Source: an archaeon (lineage in GTDB: Archaea; Nanobdellota; Nanobdellia; Pacearchaeales; GW2011-AR1). Taken from it: a DNA stretch of 64,000 nucleotides. Position 1 is the stretch's first letter, and every line of letters starts with the position of its first letter. The DNA lies in the NCBI GenBank assembly GCA_021107855.1, contig JAIORZ010000011.1:7686-71685 (forward strand), read 5' to 3'. The notes under the pieces are model-generated. The model worked only from the letters and a program-made list of their open reading frames with translations, did not search any database and was not told the origin of the DNA. The position numbers and the translations under genes are program-made. Shown here one piece after another: positions 35,023 to 43,679 of the stretch.

Positions 35023-36026
35023 GCTGGGATTCCTTCCCATGTTTCGCAGAATCCTATGTTAGCATTATCTACTGATTCTTTATAAGTCTCAAAATGCTTC
35101 CACTGTTCTCCCAATATAGAATTCTTAATGTATCCCCAATATTGAGTTAAAGATCCATAAGAAAGATCTAGAATAAAACTTTTTCTTACTTCTGTGAAGG
35201 GGTCGTCTTTTTGATTAGTTTGAAAATAGAAAAGATAAGGTACATATTTCCCAAAGGGGTCTTTGCCCATAGAGGCGATTCCGTAATTAATTAGTAGGTC
35301 TCCGTCTTTTGCACTGAAAGTTTCGGGTAGTGAAATATTAATGGTTTTCATATATGCTTCGAATTCTCCTCCGGTGAGCTTGTTTTTCAAGTCAACAAAT
35401 TCAATGCCATAGAATTTTTCTGTTTTTTTAATTTCAAATTTCTCCCCGTATAAATTGAAAGGTATCCCATTTCCGAAATCAAATGCTGCGAATTTTTTCC
35501 CTGAATCTCGTAAATAAACATAGTAACTATATTTTGGGGTCATTGGTAGGTCTAGTGCGTTTCGGATGTTGATGGTTTTATCTCCCAGTTTTTCTTTGGC
35601 TTCGGGTGTTAGGTGAATTCTGGCGCAGGGGACGCAGGTGCTTGATTTGAAGAATTTTGAAGGGAAGGCGCTGGCGTCTCCTTTGTCATAGAGTGCCCAA
35701 CATTCTGCCATTGTCTCAGCGATTTTTGTTTCTATCTCCATTCTCCCGTCTTTGTCTGGGGTGACATCATTTTTATCAATTTCAATAACACGTGTTTTGC
35801 ATTTTAGTGGGAATTCGTCTTTGAAAGAGGGTCCGTCAAATTTTGCAATCGTTAGTTCGGGCAAGGTTGACCTTACCTGGATACTCTGTCGGCAAATTTC
35901 CCATTCCATATCTTCGCTGGTGAAATATTCGTTAAAGATAAAATATAGACTTAAGCTTAAAATTAAGAGTCCTAAAATTAGTGATAGCATGATGTCCCAT
36001 TTGTAGTCACCTTTTTTATTCACCAT
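35019..36026 (-). CDS. 335-aa protein with pilin-like N-terminus (hypothetical)
   Basis: N-terminus MVNKKGDYKWDIMLSLILGLLILSLSLYF. No motif recognised in the extracellular part. Confidence 0.55.
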   Translation of the reverse strand: MVNKKGDYKWDIMLSLILGLLILSLSLYFIFNEYFTSEDMEWEICRQSIQVRSTLPELTIAKFDGPSFKDEFPLKCKTRVIEIDKNDVTPDKDGRMEIETKIAETMAECWALYDKGDASAFPSKFFKSSTCVPCARIHLTPEAKEKLGDKTINIRNALDLPMTPKYSYYVYLRDSGKKFAAFDFGNGIPFNLYGEKFEIKKTEKFYGIEFVDLKNKLTGGEFEAYMKTINISLPETFSAKDGDLLINYGIASMGKDPFGKYVPYLFYFQTNQKDDPFTEVRKSFILDLSYGSLTQYWGYIKNSILGEQWKHFETYKESVDNANIGFCETWEGIPA

Positions 36027-36056
36027 AGGACAAAATATAAAACAAAGTTAATAAAT

Positions 36057-36185
36057 CTACCCAATAATTTTGGCGACAATTTTCCAGACTGCGAAACTCG
36101 ATGCGATTAGGAGCCCTAGATATCCGATTAATTTGATTGTGTTGTCTGTAAGGGCTTCTCCGCTTTTATCGGATGCTAAATTCAT
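36057..36185 (-). CDS. 42-aa single-TM protein (hypothetical; below ORF-track cutoff)
   Basis: Manual translation gives MNLASDKSGEALTDNTIKLIGYLGLLIASSFAVWKIVAKIIG. Overlaps the end of the upstream gene by 20 nt. Confidence 0.3.
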   Translation of the reverse strand: MNLASDKSGEALTDNTIKLIGYLGLLIASSFAVWKIVAKIIG

Positions 36186-36666
36186 AGACTCCTCCTTCCT
36201 TTTCTAATTTGAGTCTTACTCCTTCCCTAATAGTCCAATTTTCTGAATGTGTTTTTCCGGCGTTGGTGTCAAAAAAAGTCGCGGGTAAATCTAAATTGGT
36301 GCAGTGGTTGCAGACTGCATTATTTCCATCGTATGCGCAGAGGCAGATTATGCTGTTGCCCGATTTCTTTTTGGAGACAAAGGAGATTTTTTTCCAGTTA
36401 AAACTTATTGCTTTTCCAAAATAAACCATATAAGAATCGAGGTCTTCGATTCCATCATCTATCATAAAAAAGCCGGCTTCCCTTCCTTCATCAGCTTCTC
36501 CTATGGCTTCCTCGAGTTGCTTAAGGTAGGATTCTCCTTTTTCGTCTCCTTTGTCAAAGGCAGGGGCGAATATAGCGACCATTAGCCAAATCATTAGTGC
36601 GAGGACTGTGACGGCTAGGATGACTTTTACGCTTTCTTCGCTGAATAAATTTCCTTTTTTGTTCAT
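36166..36666 (-). CDS. pilin-like protein (class III signal peptide)
   Basis: N-terminus MNKKGNLFSEESVKVILAVTVLALMIWL, with an ATGA overlap to the upstream gene at 36663-36666. Confidence 0.6.
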   Translation of the reverse strand: MNKKGNLFSEESVKVILAVTVLALMIWLMVAIFAPAFDKGDEKGESYLKQLEEAIGEADEGREAGFFMIDDGIEDLDSYMVYFGKAISFNWKKISFVSKKKSGNSIICLCAYDGNNAVCNHCTNLDLPATFFDTNAGKTHSENWTIREGVRLKLEKEGGVYEFSIR

Positions 36667-38501
36667 CTGCATTTCTCCTGTAGAAGCTCTTTAACAATAC
36701 TCGCCACAAAAACTTCTCTAAAGTGATTTTCGTATAATTGGTAAGCATTTTTGTCCCCAACTCCAACCCATTCCTCATCAATCCATTTCGCGAGGGAAAC
36801 TGGGAAATATCTTATTTTGACTTTTCTAAAAGAGCCATCAATCCAGAATTCTAAATTGCTAAATGCTCTTCCTGTTCCGCTGTACTTTAATCCGTATTTT
36901 TCACCGTTGGATTCTAAAACTAAAACGGGTTTGTCGTTGGGTTTTTCTACATTAACGTTAAATGTTTTGCCGTCAATTTCAACTTCTTGAGGGACGCTGT
37001 TTAGTCTGTCAAAAATTTCTTCTGGCAGGGTGGCTTCTTCTAGTAGTTTTGTTTGTATCTCGATGATTGCTTTTTTTAGTCTGAGAATATTTTTATCGTT
37101 ATCGAGACCCTTTTTGGTTCCGTCTTCTTTCATTTTTTCATCTCTTAAAAAGTTAAGTACTAAGTTGAATCTCTTTTCGTATCTTTCATCTTCCTCGTGC
37201 ATCCCACCAGCGCCAAATCTCCATTCCCTCCAAACTTCATCTACGTTTCCTTTTCGCCTTAGGTTGATTTCTTCAATCATTTTAATCGCCATTTGTTTAT
37301 ACATGGCTTTATCGGCGTCGCTTGTTAGCTCTCCTGCTCCTCCGTAATCGTAGAGTGGGTCGTATTCTGTTCCAGTACTGATTTTGAGGTTCGCATAGGT
37401 TAGGGGATTTTTTGTGACAACACTAGGGTCAACGGTTCCAGCATCTTTCCTGTCTCCATGTGCTAGGAATCTCCATCCTTGTTCGATGTATCTTCCTAAA
37501 AATTTTTCTTCCTCTGGTGTCCAGTCGACTACTTCGTTCTTTAGGTGGGATTGGACTAATCCTTTTGTGATTTGGACGGGACCGTAGGCGGTAGATGTTG
37601 AGCCATGTACTTTGGTTCTAATCCATGGAGTGTAGCTCCAGGTGAATCTATCGGTTCTGTAATTATAGTTTGTTCCGTGTTCGGAGGCCATTAGTGCTTT
37701 GTAAATTTTGTCCGAAGAAAAGTAGAAATCTGCTCCTATCCTTTTATCTGAGAGAAGCATGTTGCCAATTTCGCTTCCTAAGAAGGAGCCCTTAAGGTAG
37801 GTTTCGTCTGGGCTTTCTGGCTCTTCTATTTTCCAAAAGACTTCGTCGTCCCACATATCATTTACTCCTTCTAGGAACTTGGCGATTGCTTCATCATTAT
37901 CGGTAAAAATTTCTCCTTCCTCTCCATCAACGCTAACAACCCACTGTCCGTTTGCCCAGGTTGCAGTGGTGGGCTTGTCCCATGGTCCTGAGCCGTCTCC
38001 GCTTAAGACGAATCGCCTAGTCTGCCCTTCGTCATATAGTTTTCTGGTTTCAGCATCTTCTAATAAAGTAACACCTTTGTGATAAATTTCCCAGTGTAAT
38101 TCGCTTGAATCAATGTCTCCGTCAATTAGGGCGCGGCATTCTTTCCAGCCGGTTATATCTATTTTTTCAAGGATTCCTCTGTTTAGTCTGTAACCTACTC
38201 CGGTCCAGGACAAATTGCAAAATCCGGGACAGATACCTAATGTGGCATCTGGGATTCTTAGTTTATTTAGAAATTCCTCTCCTCCTCCGATATCTGAAAT
38301 TTTAAATTCGTTGCAATTTTCTAAATCGAAGTCTTCGCCAAAAGAGCTTATGAAATAGATTGTGTCTTCCCATTGCTCTTTTAATTTTTCAATCAATGGG
38401 TTTAATCCTCCCGTAATTGCTCCGAAGAGAATAATTAAAACGACGATTGCTAAAACGAAAACAATCACTTTTCTAAGAGATAATTCTCCGTTTTTTATCA
38501 T
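36663..38501 (-). CDS. 612-aa protein with pilin-like N-terminus and a large extracellular domain (possible lysozyme/SLT-like region)
   Basis: N-terminus MIKNGELSLRKVIVFVLAIVVLIILFG. Internal ALMASEHG...STSTAYGPVQITKG...WREWRFGAGG resembles ES...GLMQ...AYNxG of lytic transglycosylases, but only weakly. Confidence 0.6.
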   Translation of the reverse strand: MIKNGELSLRKVIVFVLAIVVLIILFGAITGGLNPLIEKLKEQWEDTIYFISSFGEDFDLENCNEFKISDIGGGEEFLNKLRIPDATLGICPGFCNLSWTGVGYRLNRGILEKIDITGWKECRALIDGDIDSSELHWEIYHKGVTLLEDAETRKLYDEGQTRRFVLSGDGSGPWDKPTTATWANGQWVVSVDGEEGEIFTDNDEAIAKFLEGVNDMWDDEVFWKIEEPESPDETYLKGSFLGSEIGNMLLSDKRIGADFYFSSDKIYKALMASEHGTNYNYRTDRFTWSYTPWIRTKVHGSTSTAYGPVQITKGLVQSHLKNEVVDWTPEEEKFLGRYIEQGWRFLAHGDRKDAGTVDPSVVTKNPLTYANLKISTGTEYDPLYDYGGAGELTSDADKAMYKQMAIKMIEEINLRRKGNVDEVWREWRFGAGGMHEEDERYEKRFNLVLNFLRDEKMKEDGTKKGLDNDKNILRLKKAIIEIQTKLLEEATLPEEIFDRLNSVPQEVEIDGKTFNVNVEKPNDKPVLVLESNGEKYGLKYSGTGRAFSNLEFWIDGSFRKVKIRYFPVSLAKWIDEEWVGVGDKNAYQLYENHFREVFVASIVKELLQEKCR

Positions 38502-38635
38502 CTTCCAAATCTCATTAAATTTTTAATCGACCCGAGTAAATCACCACCACCACCGAAGAAATAAATTGTTGCTCCAATCATGACAACTAAAACAGCTACA
38601 AAAATTATAATTTTAATGAGTTCCTCTATTTCCAT
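38498..38635 (-). CDS. 45-aa single-TM protein (hypothetical; below ORF-track cutoff)
   Basis: Manual translation gives MEIEELIKIIIFVAVLVVMIGATIYFFGGGGDLLGSIKNLMRFGR. Its stop overlaps the next start as ATGA. Confidence 0.4.
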   Translation of the reverse strand: MEIEELIKIIIFVAVLVVMIGATIYFFGGGGDLLGSIKNLMRFGR

Positions 38636-38675
38636 GTTAATAAAGTGTTGGACTAATTAATAAAGATTGCTAAAA

Positions 38676-39056
38676 TTAGCAAAGACTCGGGCAGCTATCG
38701 ACATTTACGCCAGGGTATTTGGTCGAATCAGTCATGTCTTTGCAGGTTCCGGGGGAAGATTCGACATCCTCTGAAATGGCTGTTCCATCCCATGCCTTAA
38801 CTCCTTTCCCATATTTTACAGTTCTTTCCTCTTGACAAAATCCGTATGTATCTCCCGTTGAACATCTTAATGCACAAGCTTGTACAATCGTGTTGACGTT
38901 ATTGTCTGTGCCCCCAAAAGACGTTACTTTGCTCCATAAATTATTCCATCCCGTGGAAAACCCGAAAATTAAGAATACTAAAACTGCGATACCTAAGACG
39001 ATTGTGATAATTGTTCCTAGCGCCATTTCTTGGCCGCGCTTGTCCATCCTCTTCAT
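38676..39056 (-). CDS. archaeal type IV pilin-like protein (probable major subunit candidate)
   Basis: N-terminus MKRMDKRGQEMALGTIITIVLGIAVLVFLIFGF (basic residues, G-Q, hydrophobic helix). Small Cys-containing globular part. First pilin gene after the platform gene. Confidence 0.7.
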   Translation of the reverse strand: MKRMDKRGQEMALGTIITIVLGIAVLVFLIFGFSTGWNNLWSKVTSFGGTDNNVNTIVQACALRCSTGDTYGFCQEERTVKYGKGVKAWDGTAISEDVESSPGTCKDMTDSTKYPGVNVDSCPSLC

Positions 39057-39106
39057 ATAGGTCTAACAATTCTCTTATTTATAAAACTTCTCATCTTGAA
39101 TTTTGT

Positions 39107-41281
39107 TTAGGTTAGTCCGGCTAGGGCGACGGAGCCGATTACTGTTAATCCGATGATGGAACCTGCGGCGATAATCGTGTATAAAATCATTGTTACTTTT
39201 AGGTTTTTCCCGGTTTCTGCTGTGGTTTGCAATAAATCCCTTCCGCTTTTAATTGTTACGAGAGTGGATGTTAGGATGAAAACGACTTGGATTAAGTAGA
39301 CTCCTATGACAATTTGTAGCCAATAGGTTGGAATCATTTTTGTAATGTCGAAGATGGATAAGATTCCTGAGATTCCTCCGGCTCCTAATTCTGCGCCCAT
39401 TCCTCCTCCCTCGAACATTGCGCTCAGGCTTCCTAGAATTGTCGTAATCATTCCGGATAGCCCGACGATAATTCCGGATAGTAAGGGTGCCAGAAAGGTC
39501 ATGTTTGATTTCATGTCTGAGATAATGTTGGCTAGTAAATCGTTTAGTCTCGCGTCAATTTTTTTGATATTTTTAACGTAATCGCTGATTGCCATCAGGC
39601 TTCGGGCTGCGACCTTTAGTCCCTTTTTGGCTGATTCTATTAAAATTTTCATGGAGGTTGCGACTAATTGGCTTGGGTAAAAGGTGACGGCACCTCTTTT
39701 GGGGTCGAAGAGTGCTCTTTCTAAATTCATGCCGAGTCTTCCGATGTTTTCGTTGACGATTCTGAAGAAGCCCTCGGTTGCGGTTCCTTTCACGGAGCCA
39801 GCGACTTTTGAGAAGGCGATTTCTGCTGGGGAGCCGTCGCCGATACGGTTTCCTAACTGGAATAATGAGGATGTGAATTCTTTTTCAATGTCTTTGTATT
39901 TGTTTCTCATTTCTATGATTTCGTGGGTTTTTTCTTTAGCGGCTACGATGAAAATGATGGCGATTCCAGCTGGGATTGCGAGGCTCAAGAGTAGTGCGCC
40001 TGACCCGAACGGTCCGGATAGAGCTCCGGCAGAATCTTCTAGAATTCCGAATATTCCTCCGTTGCCTAAGAAGCCTAATCCTATTTGTGACCAGGCATAA
40101 TCTCGGGATGTGTCTAGCCAAATTGGGACGGGGGTGTATCGCCAGAGGAAGGGAATTAGTCCGATGAGGAAGAGTGGTGAGGCTAGGAAAAATCCTTTCC
40201 AGTATCCGGCGTTGCTGGCGTATTTTGGGTAGAGTGGATTTTTTTCTAGCAGGTCACTTTCCCCGTAGCCACCGGGGCGTCTCATCATGACATTTCCTGT
40301 CATATAGACAACCATCATCGGGATAATGATATTAAAAATCAAAAGTACGTGGTACCATCTAATTGCTCCGCCAAGCATTGTGGAGGCGAGGGGTAGGATT
40401 GCTAGGGCTAGTGTTGGTAGGACGATGCCGAGCATGTAAACATTGGTTAGCGGTGCTTTTGCCTCGTGTGTGTATTTCAACATCTTGTCGTAAACTCCGT
40501 CTAAAATAACTTGTAAACTTTTTTCTAAAACTTGTATCCTCCGTGATTCGCTTGGCTCGAATAAACTCGACTCGATTAAATGGAACGCTTCGATAAATTC
40601 CATACTGTAATCTCGCCATCTTTCTAGATAGTGGTCGACGCTTTCTTTAATGGTTGAAAATCGTCCGACCTCAACATCCCAGAAAATTTTTCTAAAGTCT
40701 AGGCTTAATGGTTCGGATAAATGTTCTGCCGCAAAACTCATGGCTTTTTCGAAGTTGCTTGTGTGTTTCATGTAAATTACGATATACAAAATTGCCGGAA
40801 CCATTTGACTTGAGGCTTTTAACCGCCATTTAATCGCCAATCGTTCCGGGGTTTTGGATGCGTAAAAGAATGTGAAGATTCCTAAAATGAAAATTAGGAA
40901 TAGGAACATTAGGGAGAATGCTCCGGTTAATAGCCAGATGGCCGTGAAAAGTAGGCTTCCTCCGAATAAAATTCCGAACATTAATGCTGTTGCGAGGACT
41001 ACAACTTCGCCTGGTGTTACGTTTAAGTGTGCGATGTCGATTGCCCGTTGGATTCGGGCATTGTCTTTTTCTCCCACCTTCATTTTTATGAAATTTCCAA
41101 AGGTTTTACACCATTTTTCATATCGGGAGAATTCTGGTATCATTGACCCTTTAAATTTTGCATAACTTTTTGAGAATTTTTGTGTTTCGCTGGAAGTGCT
41201 ATGACTACCCATCTGTTTTTTAATCCGTGCTCCATATTTTTTTAAAATATCGTCTGTGCTAGGCGCCTCTTTTTTTGCCAT
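39107..41281 (-). CDS. polytopic membrane protein, probable pilus/secretion platform protein (FlaJ/TadC/PilC-like)
   Basis: About 725 aa with a cytoplasmic helical N-domain followed by multiple TM blocks in two halves. The call rests on position at the head of the pilin cluster. ATG 41281 (MAKKEAP) chosen. Confidence 0.45.
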   Translation of the reverse strand: MAKKEAPSTDDILKKYGARIKKQMGSHSTSSETQKFSKSYAKFKGSMIPEFSRYEKWCKTFGNFIKMKVGEKDNARIQRAIDIAHLNVTPGEVVVLATALMFGILFGGSLLFTAIWLLTGAFSLMFLFLIFILGIFTFFYASKTPERLAIKWRLKASSQMVPAILYIVIYMKHTSNFEKAMSFAAEHLSEPLSLDFRKIFWDVEVGRFSTIKESVDHYLERWRDYSMEFIEAFHLIESSLFEPSESRRIQVLEKSLQVILDGVYDKMLKYTHEAKAPLTNVYMLGIVLPTLALAILPLASTMLGGAIRWYHVLLIFNIIIPMMVVYMTGNVMMRRPGGYGESDLLEKNPLYPKYASNAGYWKGFFLASPLFLIGLIPFLWRYTPVPIWLDTSRDYAWSQIGLGFLGNGGIFGILEDSAGALSGPFGSGALLLSLAIPAGIAIIFIVAAKEKTHEIIEMRNKYKDIEKEFTSSLFQLGNRIGDGSPAEIAFSKVAGSVKGTATEGFFRIVNENIGRLGMNLERALFDPKRGAVTFYPSQLVATSMKILIESAKKGLKVAARSLMAISDYVKNIKKIDARLNDLLANIISDMKSNMTFLAPLLSGIIVGLSGMITTILGSLSAMFEGGGMGAELGAGGISGILSIFDITKMIPTYWLQIVIGVYLIQVVFILTSTLVTIKSGRDLLQTTAETGKNLKVTMILYTIIAAGSIIGLTVIGSVALAGLT

Positions 41282-41350
41282 AGGTACTATTATAGTTATT
41301 GTTGAATAGCTATTTAAATTCATCCAAATTTTAAGAAAGTTTTATTAAGT

Positions 41351-41370
41351 TTTCATTTCATTTCATTTCA
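41351..41370. repeat. pentanucleotide microsatellite (TTTCA)x4
   Basis: tttcatttcatttcatttca lies immediately upstream of ATG 41372, in the divergent intergenic region between the platform gene and the UDG gene. Confidence 0.9.
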
Positions 41371-41371
41371 A

Positions 41372-41974
41372 ATGGAATCGAATAAGAAATCGAGTGAATT
41401 TAATTTTTTGGAGGCGGCGATGGTGAAGCGGACGGAGTTGTTTAGGGAGTGTACTAATATTGTTGTTGGAAAGGGGAATTTGAATGCGGATATTTTGTTT
41501 GTCGGTGAGGCGCCTGGTCGGAACGAGGATTTGCAGGGTGTGGCTTTTGTTGGGGCGGCTGGGAAGAATTTGGATAAATTGTTATTGAGTGTTGGGCTAA
41601 GTTTGGATGATGTTTATATTGCGAATATTTTGAAGTGTCGACCGCCTGAAAATCGTGACCCGTTACCGGAGGAGATTGTTGCGCATACGCCTTGGTTGTT
41701 GAAACAGATTCGGGAGATGAAGCCGAAAGTTGTTTGTTCGCTTGGGAATTATGCGACGAAGTTTTTTTTGGCTGGGGGGGATGTTGAGGGGATGAAAAGT
41801 CAGCTGGGGATTACGCAGGTTCATGGAGTTGTTAGAGAGATTGAGATGGAAGGAGTGGGATTTAAATTGATTCCTTTATTTCATCCGGCTGCGATTATTT
41901 ATAATAGGACGAAGTTGACGCCGTTATGGGAGGCTGATATGGAAGTTGTGAAGAGAGAAGTTAGCGCCGTTTAA
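41372..41974 (+). CDS. uracil-DNA glycosylase, family 4
   Basis: GEAPGRNED motif A, AGKNL, and C-terminal LFHPAAIIYN motif B. Confidence 0.8.
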   Translation: MESNKKSSEFNFLEAAMVKRTELFRECTNIVVGKGNLNADILFVGEAPGRNEDLQGVAFVGAAGKNLDKLLLSVGLSLDDVYIANILKCRPPENRDPLPEEIVAHTPWLLKQIREMKPKVVCSLGNYATKFFLAGGDVEGMKSQLGITQVHGVVREIEMEGVGFKLIPLFHPAAIIYNRTKLTPLWEADMEVVKREVSAV

Positions 41975-42107
41975 ACGGGGCTGACCTTGGTGGTGCGTTT
42001 CTGATTTTTGAGAAGGTGTAGTGAGCGGAGTTTGTTTCTTTTGAGCATTTATCACAGGTGTCTTTGAGGGTGTAGGTTTTGCAGGTTGGGCATTTTTTGA
42101 GGTGCAT
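41961..42107 (-). CDS. nop10: H/ACA RNP protein Nop10 (below ORF-track cutoff)
   Basis: Manual translation gives MHLKKCPTCKTYTLKDTCDKCSKETNSAHYTFSKIRNAPPRSAPFKRR (Zn-ribbon CxxC...CxxC plus a YTL motif). It lies downstream of aIF2-alpha, as in the conserved archaeal cluster. Confidence 0.7.
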   Translation of the reverse strand: MHLKKCPTCKTYTLKDTCDKCSKETNSAHYTFSKIRNAPPRSAPFKRR

Positions 42108-42190
42108 TGATTTCTTTCTCTTTAGAAAAGAGAAATTTCTCGCAAGTAGAGAAACTTAGATTCCAAAACTGCGTTTTGATTTAATTTCAT
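42108..42190 (-). repeat. intergenic repeat family A, copy 3 (between aIF2-alpha and Nop10)
   Basis: Mini-ORF MKLNQNAVLESKFLYLREISLF (42190-42122). Its ATG is 1 nt after the aIF2-alpha stop, and its stop is 14 nt before the Nop10 ATG. Confidence 0.85.
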
Positions 42191-42191
42191 A

Positions 42192-42896
42192 TTACTTATC
42201 TTCGGTTGCGTGGAATTCGCAGTTGTTTTCTTTTGCTCGTTTTTCTAATTCTTCTAGAATATCTACCATTTCTTTTTTGCCTTGCTTAAAGTCTTTTACG
42301 GTTAGTTTTAAGGAAAAGTTTCCTGCGGAGATGTAGGTTACTTTTACGTCGTCGTTTTTTAGGTCGAAGATTTTTTTGATTCGGGTTAGTCCATCGTCTT
42401 CTAGACATTTGATTTTTATGTTTTGGCGAAGTTGCTCGTTTTTTCTTTTTTTGTTGATGATTTTTTCTATTGCTGTTTGTTTCTCTTTTGGGATGTATTT
42501 TTGAAGGAGTTCTGGGGCTGTTCGAACTTCTGTCGTGAATTCGTAGAGGGTGTCAAAATCGTTTAGTATTTTCTTTTTGATTTTTTCTTCATCTTCTTTT
42601 AGAATTTGTTTAAAGGATACGTTGATTGATTGGGATTGTTTGAATTTTTGTAGCACTTCTTTTTTTTCTTTTGAGTTTACTCTTCTGAGGGAGAGGTGTG
42701 CGTGGTTGCCTTCGATTCTTAGGACTTTGCAGACGACTTGTTTATTTGGGACGACGTATTGCCTCATTAGTTTTATTCGTCCTGCGGCGATTTCGGATGA
42801 GATGATTGTGCCTTCTTGTCCGTTTGGCATTTCTACGAATGTGATTGTGTTTGTTACTTCTTTGACTTTGCAGAGTATTAGGTCTCCTTCATTCAT
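42192..42896 (-). CDS. translation initiation factor aIF2 alpha subunit
   Basis: N-terminal S1 domain (GDLILCKVKEVTNTITFVEMPNGQEGTIISSEIA...), a helical middle and an alpha-beta C-terminus. Neighboured by eS27 and Nop10. Confidence 0.65.
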   Translation of the reverse strand: MNEGDLILCKVKEVTNTITFVEMPNGQEGTIISSEIAAGRIKLMRQYVVPNKQVVCKVLRIEGNHAHLSLRRVNSKEKKEVLQKFKQSQSINVSFKQILKEDEEKIKKKILNDFDTLYEFTTEVRTAPELLQKYIPKEKQTAIEKIINKKRKNEQLRQNIKIKCLEDDGLTRIKKIFDLKNDDVKVTYISAGNFSLKLTVKDFKQGKKEMVDILEELEKRAKENNCEFHATEDK

Positions 42897-42965
42897 TTTA
42901 TTTTTAAGAAATTTGGTTATTTAAGGTTTGGTGTATAGTTGATGTAGAGGGTGTTTCATGCGGGA

Positions 42966-43298
42966 CTATTGTTTATTATTTAGGTAGACTCCTTTCCTGG
43001 TCATGACAAATCCGTGTCCTTGCGCTAAATTTTCTAATCCTTTTTGTTGTCTTTCTATCTCTTCTGAGTTAGGATTCCCTTCAATTATTTCGTATAAATT
43101 GGGAAGGTAATTTTCTGAATCTGACAAAGCTGCCATTTTTCCAGAAAACTCTTTTTCTTGGGCGGCTTGATTAATCATTTTGAAGACAATCCTATTCAGT
43201 TCCCAGTATCTAATTCCGATTCTAGTTCCTTCTTCTTTTCCCTCACGATAGGACTCTTTTCTTATTTGGGCATCTTTTGCTCTTTCATCTTCTGCCAT
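42966..43298 (-). CDS. hypothetical protein
   Basis: 110-aa ORF between eS27 and aIF2-alpha. No motif recognised. Confidence 0.4.
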   Translation of the reverse strand: MAEDERAKDAQIRKESYREGKEEGTRIGIRYWELNRIVFKMINQAAQEKEFSGKMAALSDSENYLPNLYEIIEGNPNSEEIERQQKGLENLAQGHGFVMTRKGVYLNNKQ

Positions 43299-43365
43299 AC
43301 TTCAATAATTTAAATTTAATTTATAAAAATATGTATGAGGGAAGATATATATCCGATTGGATGTC

Positions 43366-43536
43366 CTATAAGACTTCTTCAACTTTGGCTCGGATTTTCG
43401 CTTTGCCTGCGGATGGTAGAGCTAGAACTGTTTTGCATCCTAGGCATCTGACTTTAGTGGAGGCTTTTCCGAAAATGGTTTGCGTTTCTTTGCATTTTGA
43501 GCATTTTACCCTTATGAATTTTCCTTTTTGTTCCAT
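43366..43536 (-). CDS. ribosomal protein eS27 (S27e) (below ORF-track cutoff)
   Basis: Manual translation gives MEQKGKFIRVKCSKCKETQTIFGKASTKVRCLGCKTVLALPSAGKAKIRAKVEEVL, with a C4 zinc ribbon typical of S27e. Confidence 0.75.
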   Translation of the reverse strand: MEQKGKFIRVKCSKCKETQTIFGKASTKVRCLGCKTVLALPSAGKAKIRAKVEEVL

Positions 43537-43679
43537 GTAAATTTGTGAGGGTTTTGGTTTTTAAGAGTTTCGGATGCTCTTAAAAACCAAGGTTTTTACC
43601 CAGTAGGTGATCTGGTGATCTAAGTGTTTTTGGGGTGAAATATATTCTGGAGTATAATATTATTTAAAAGGAATTTTTG

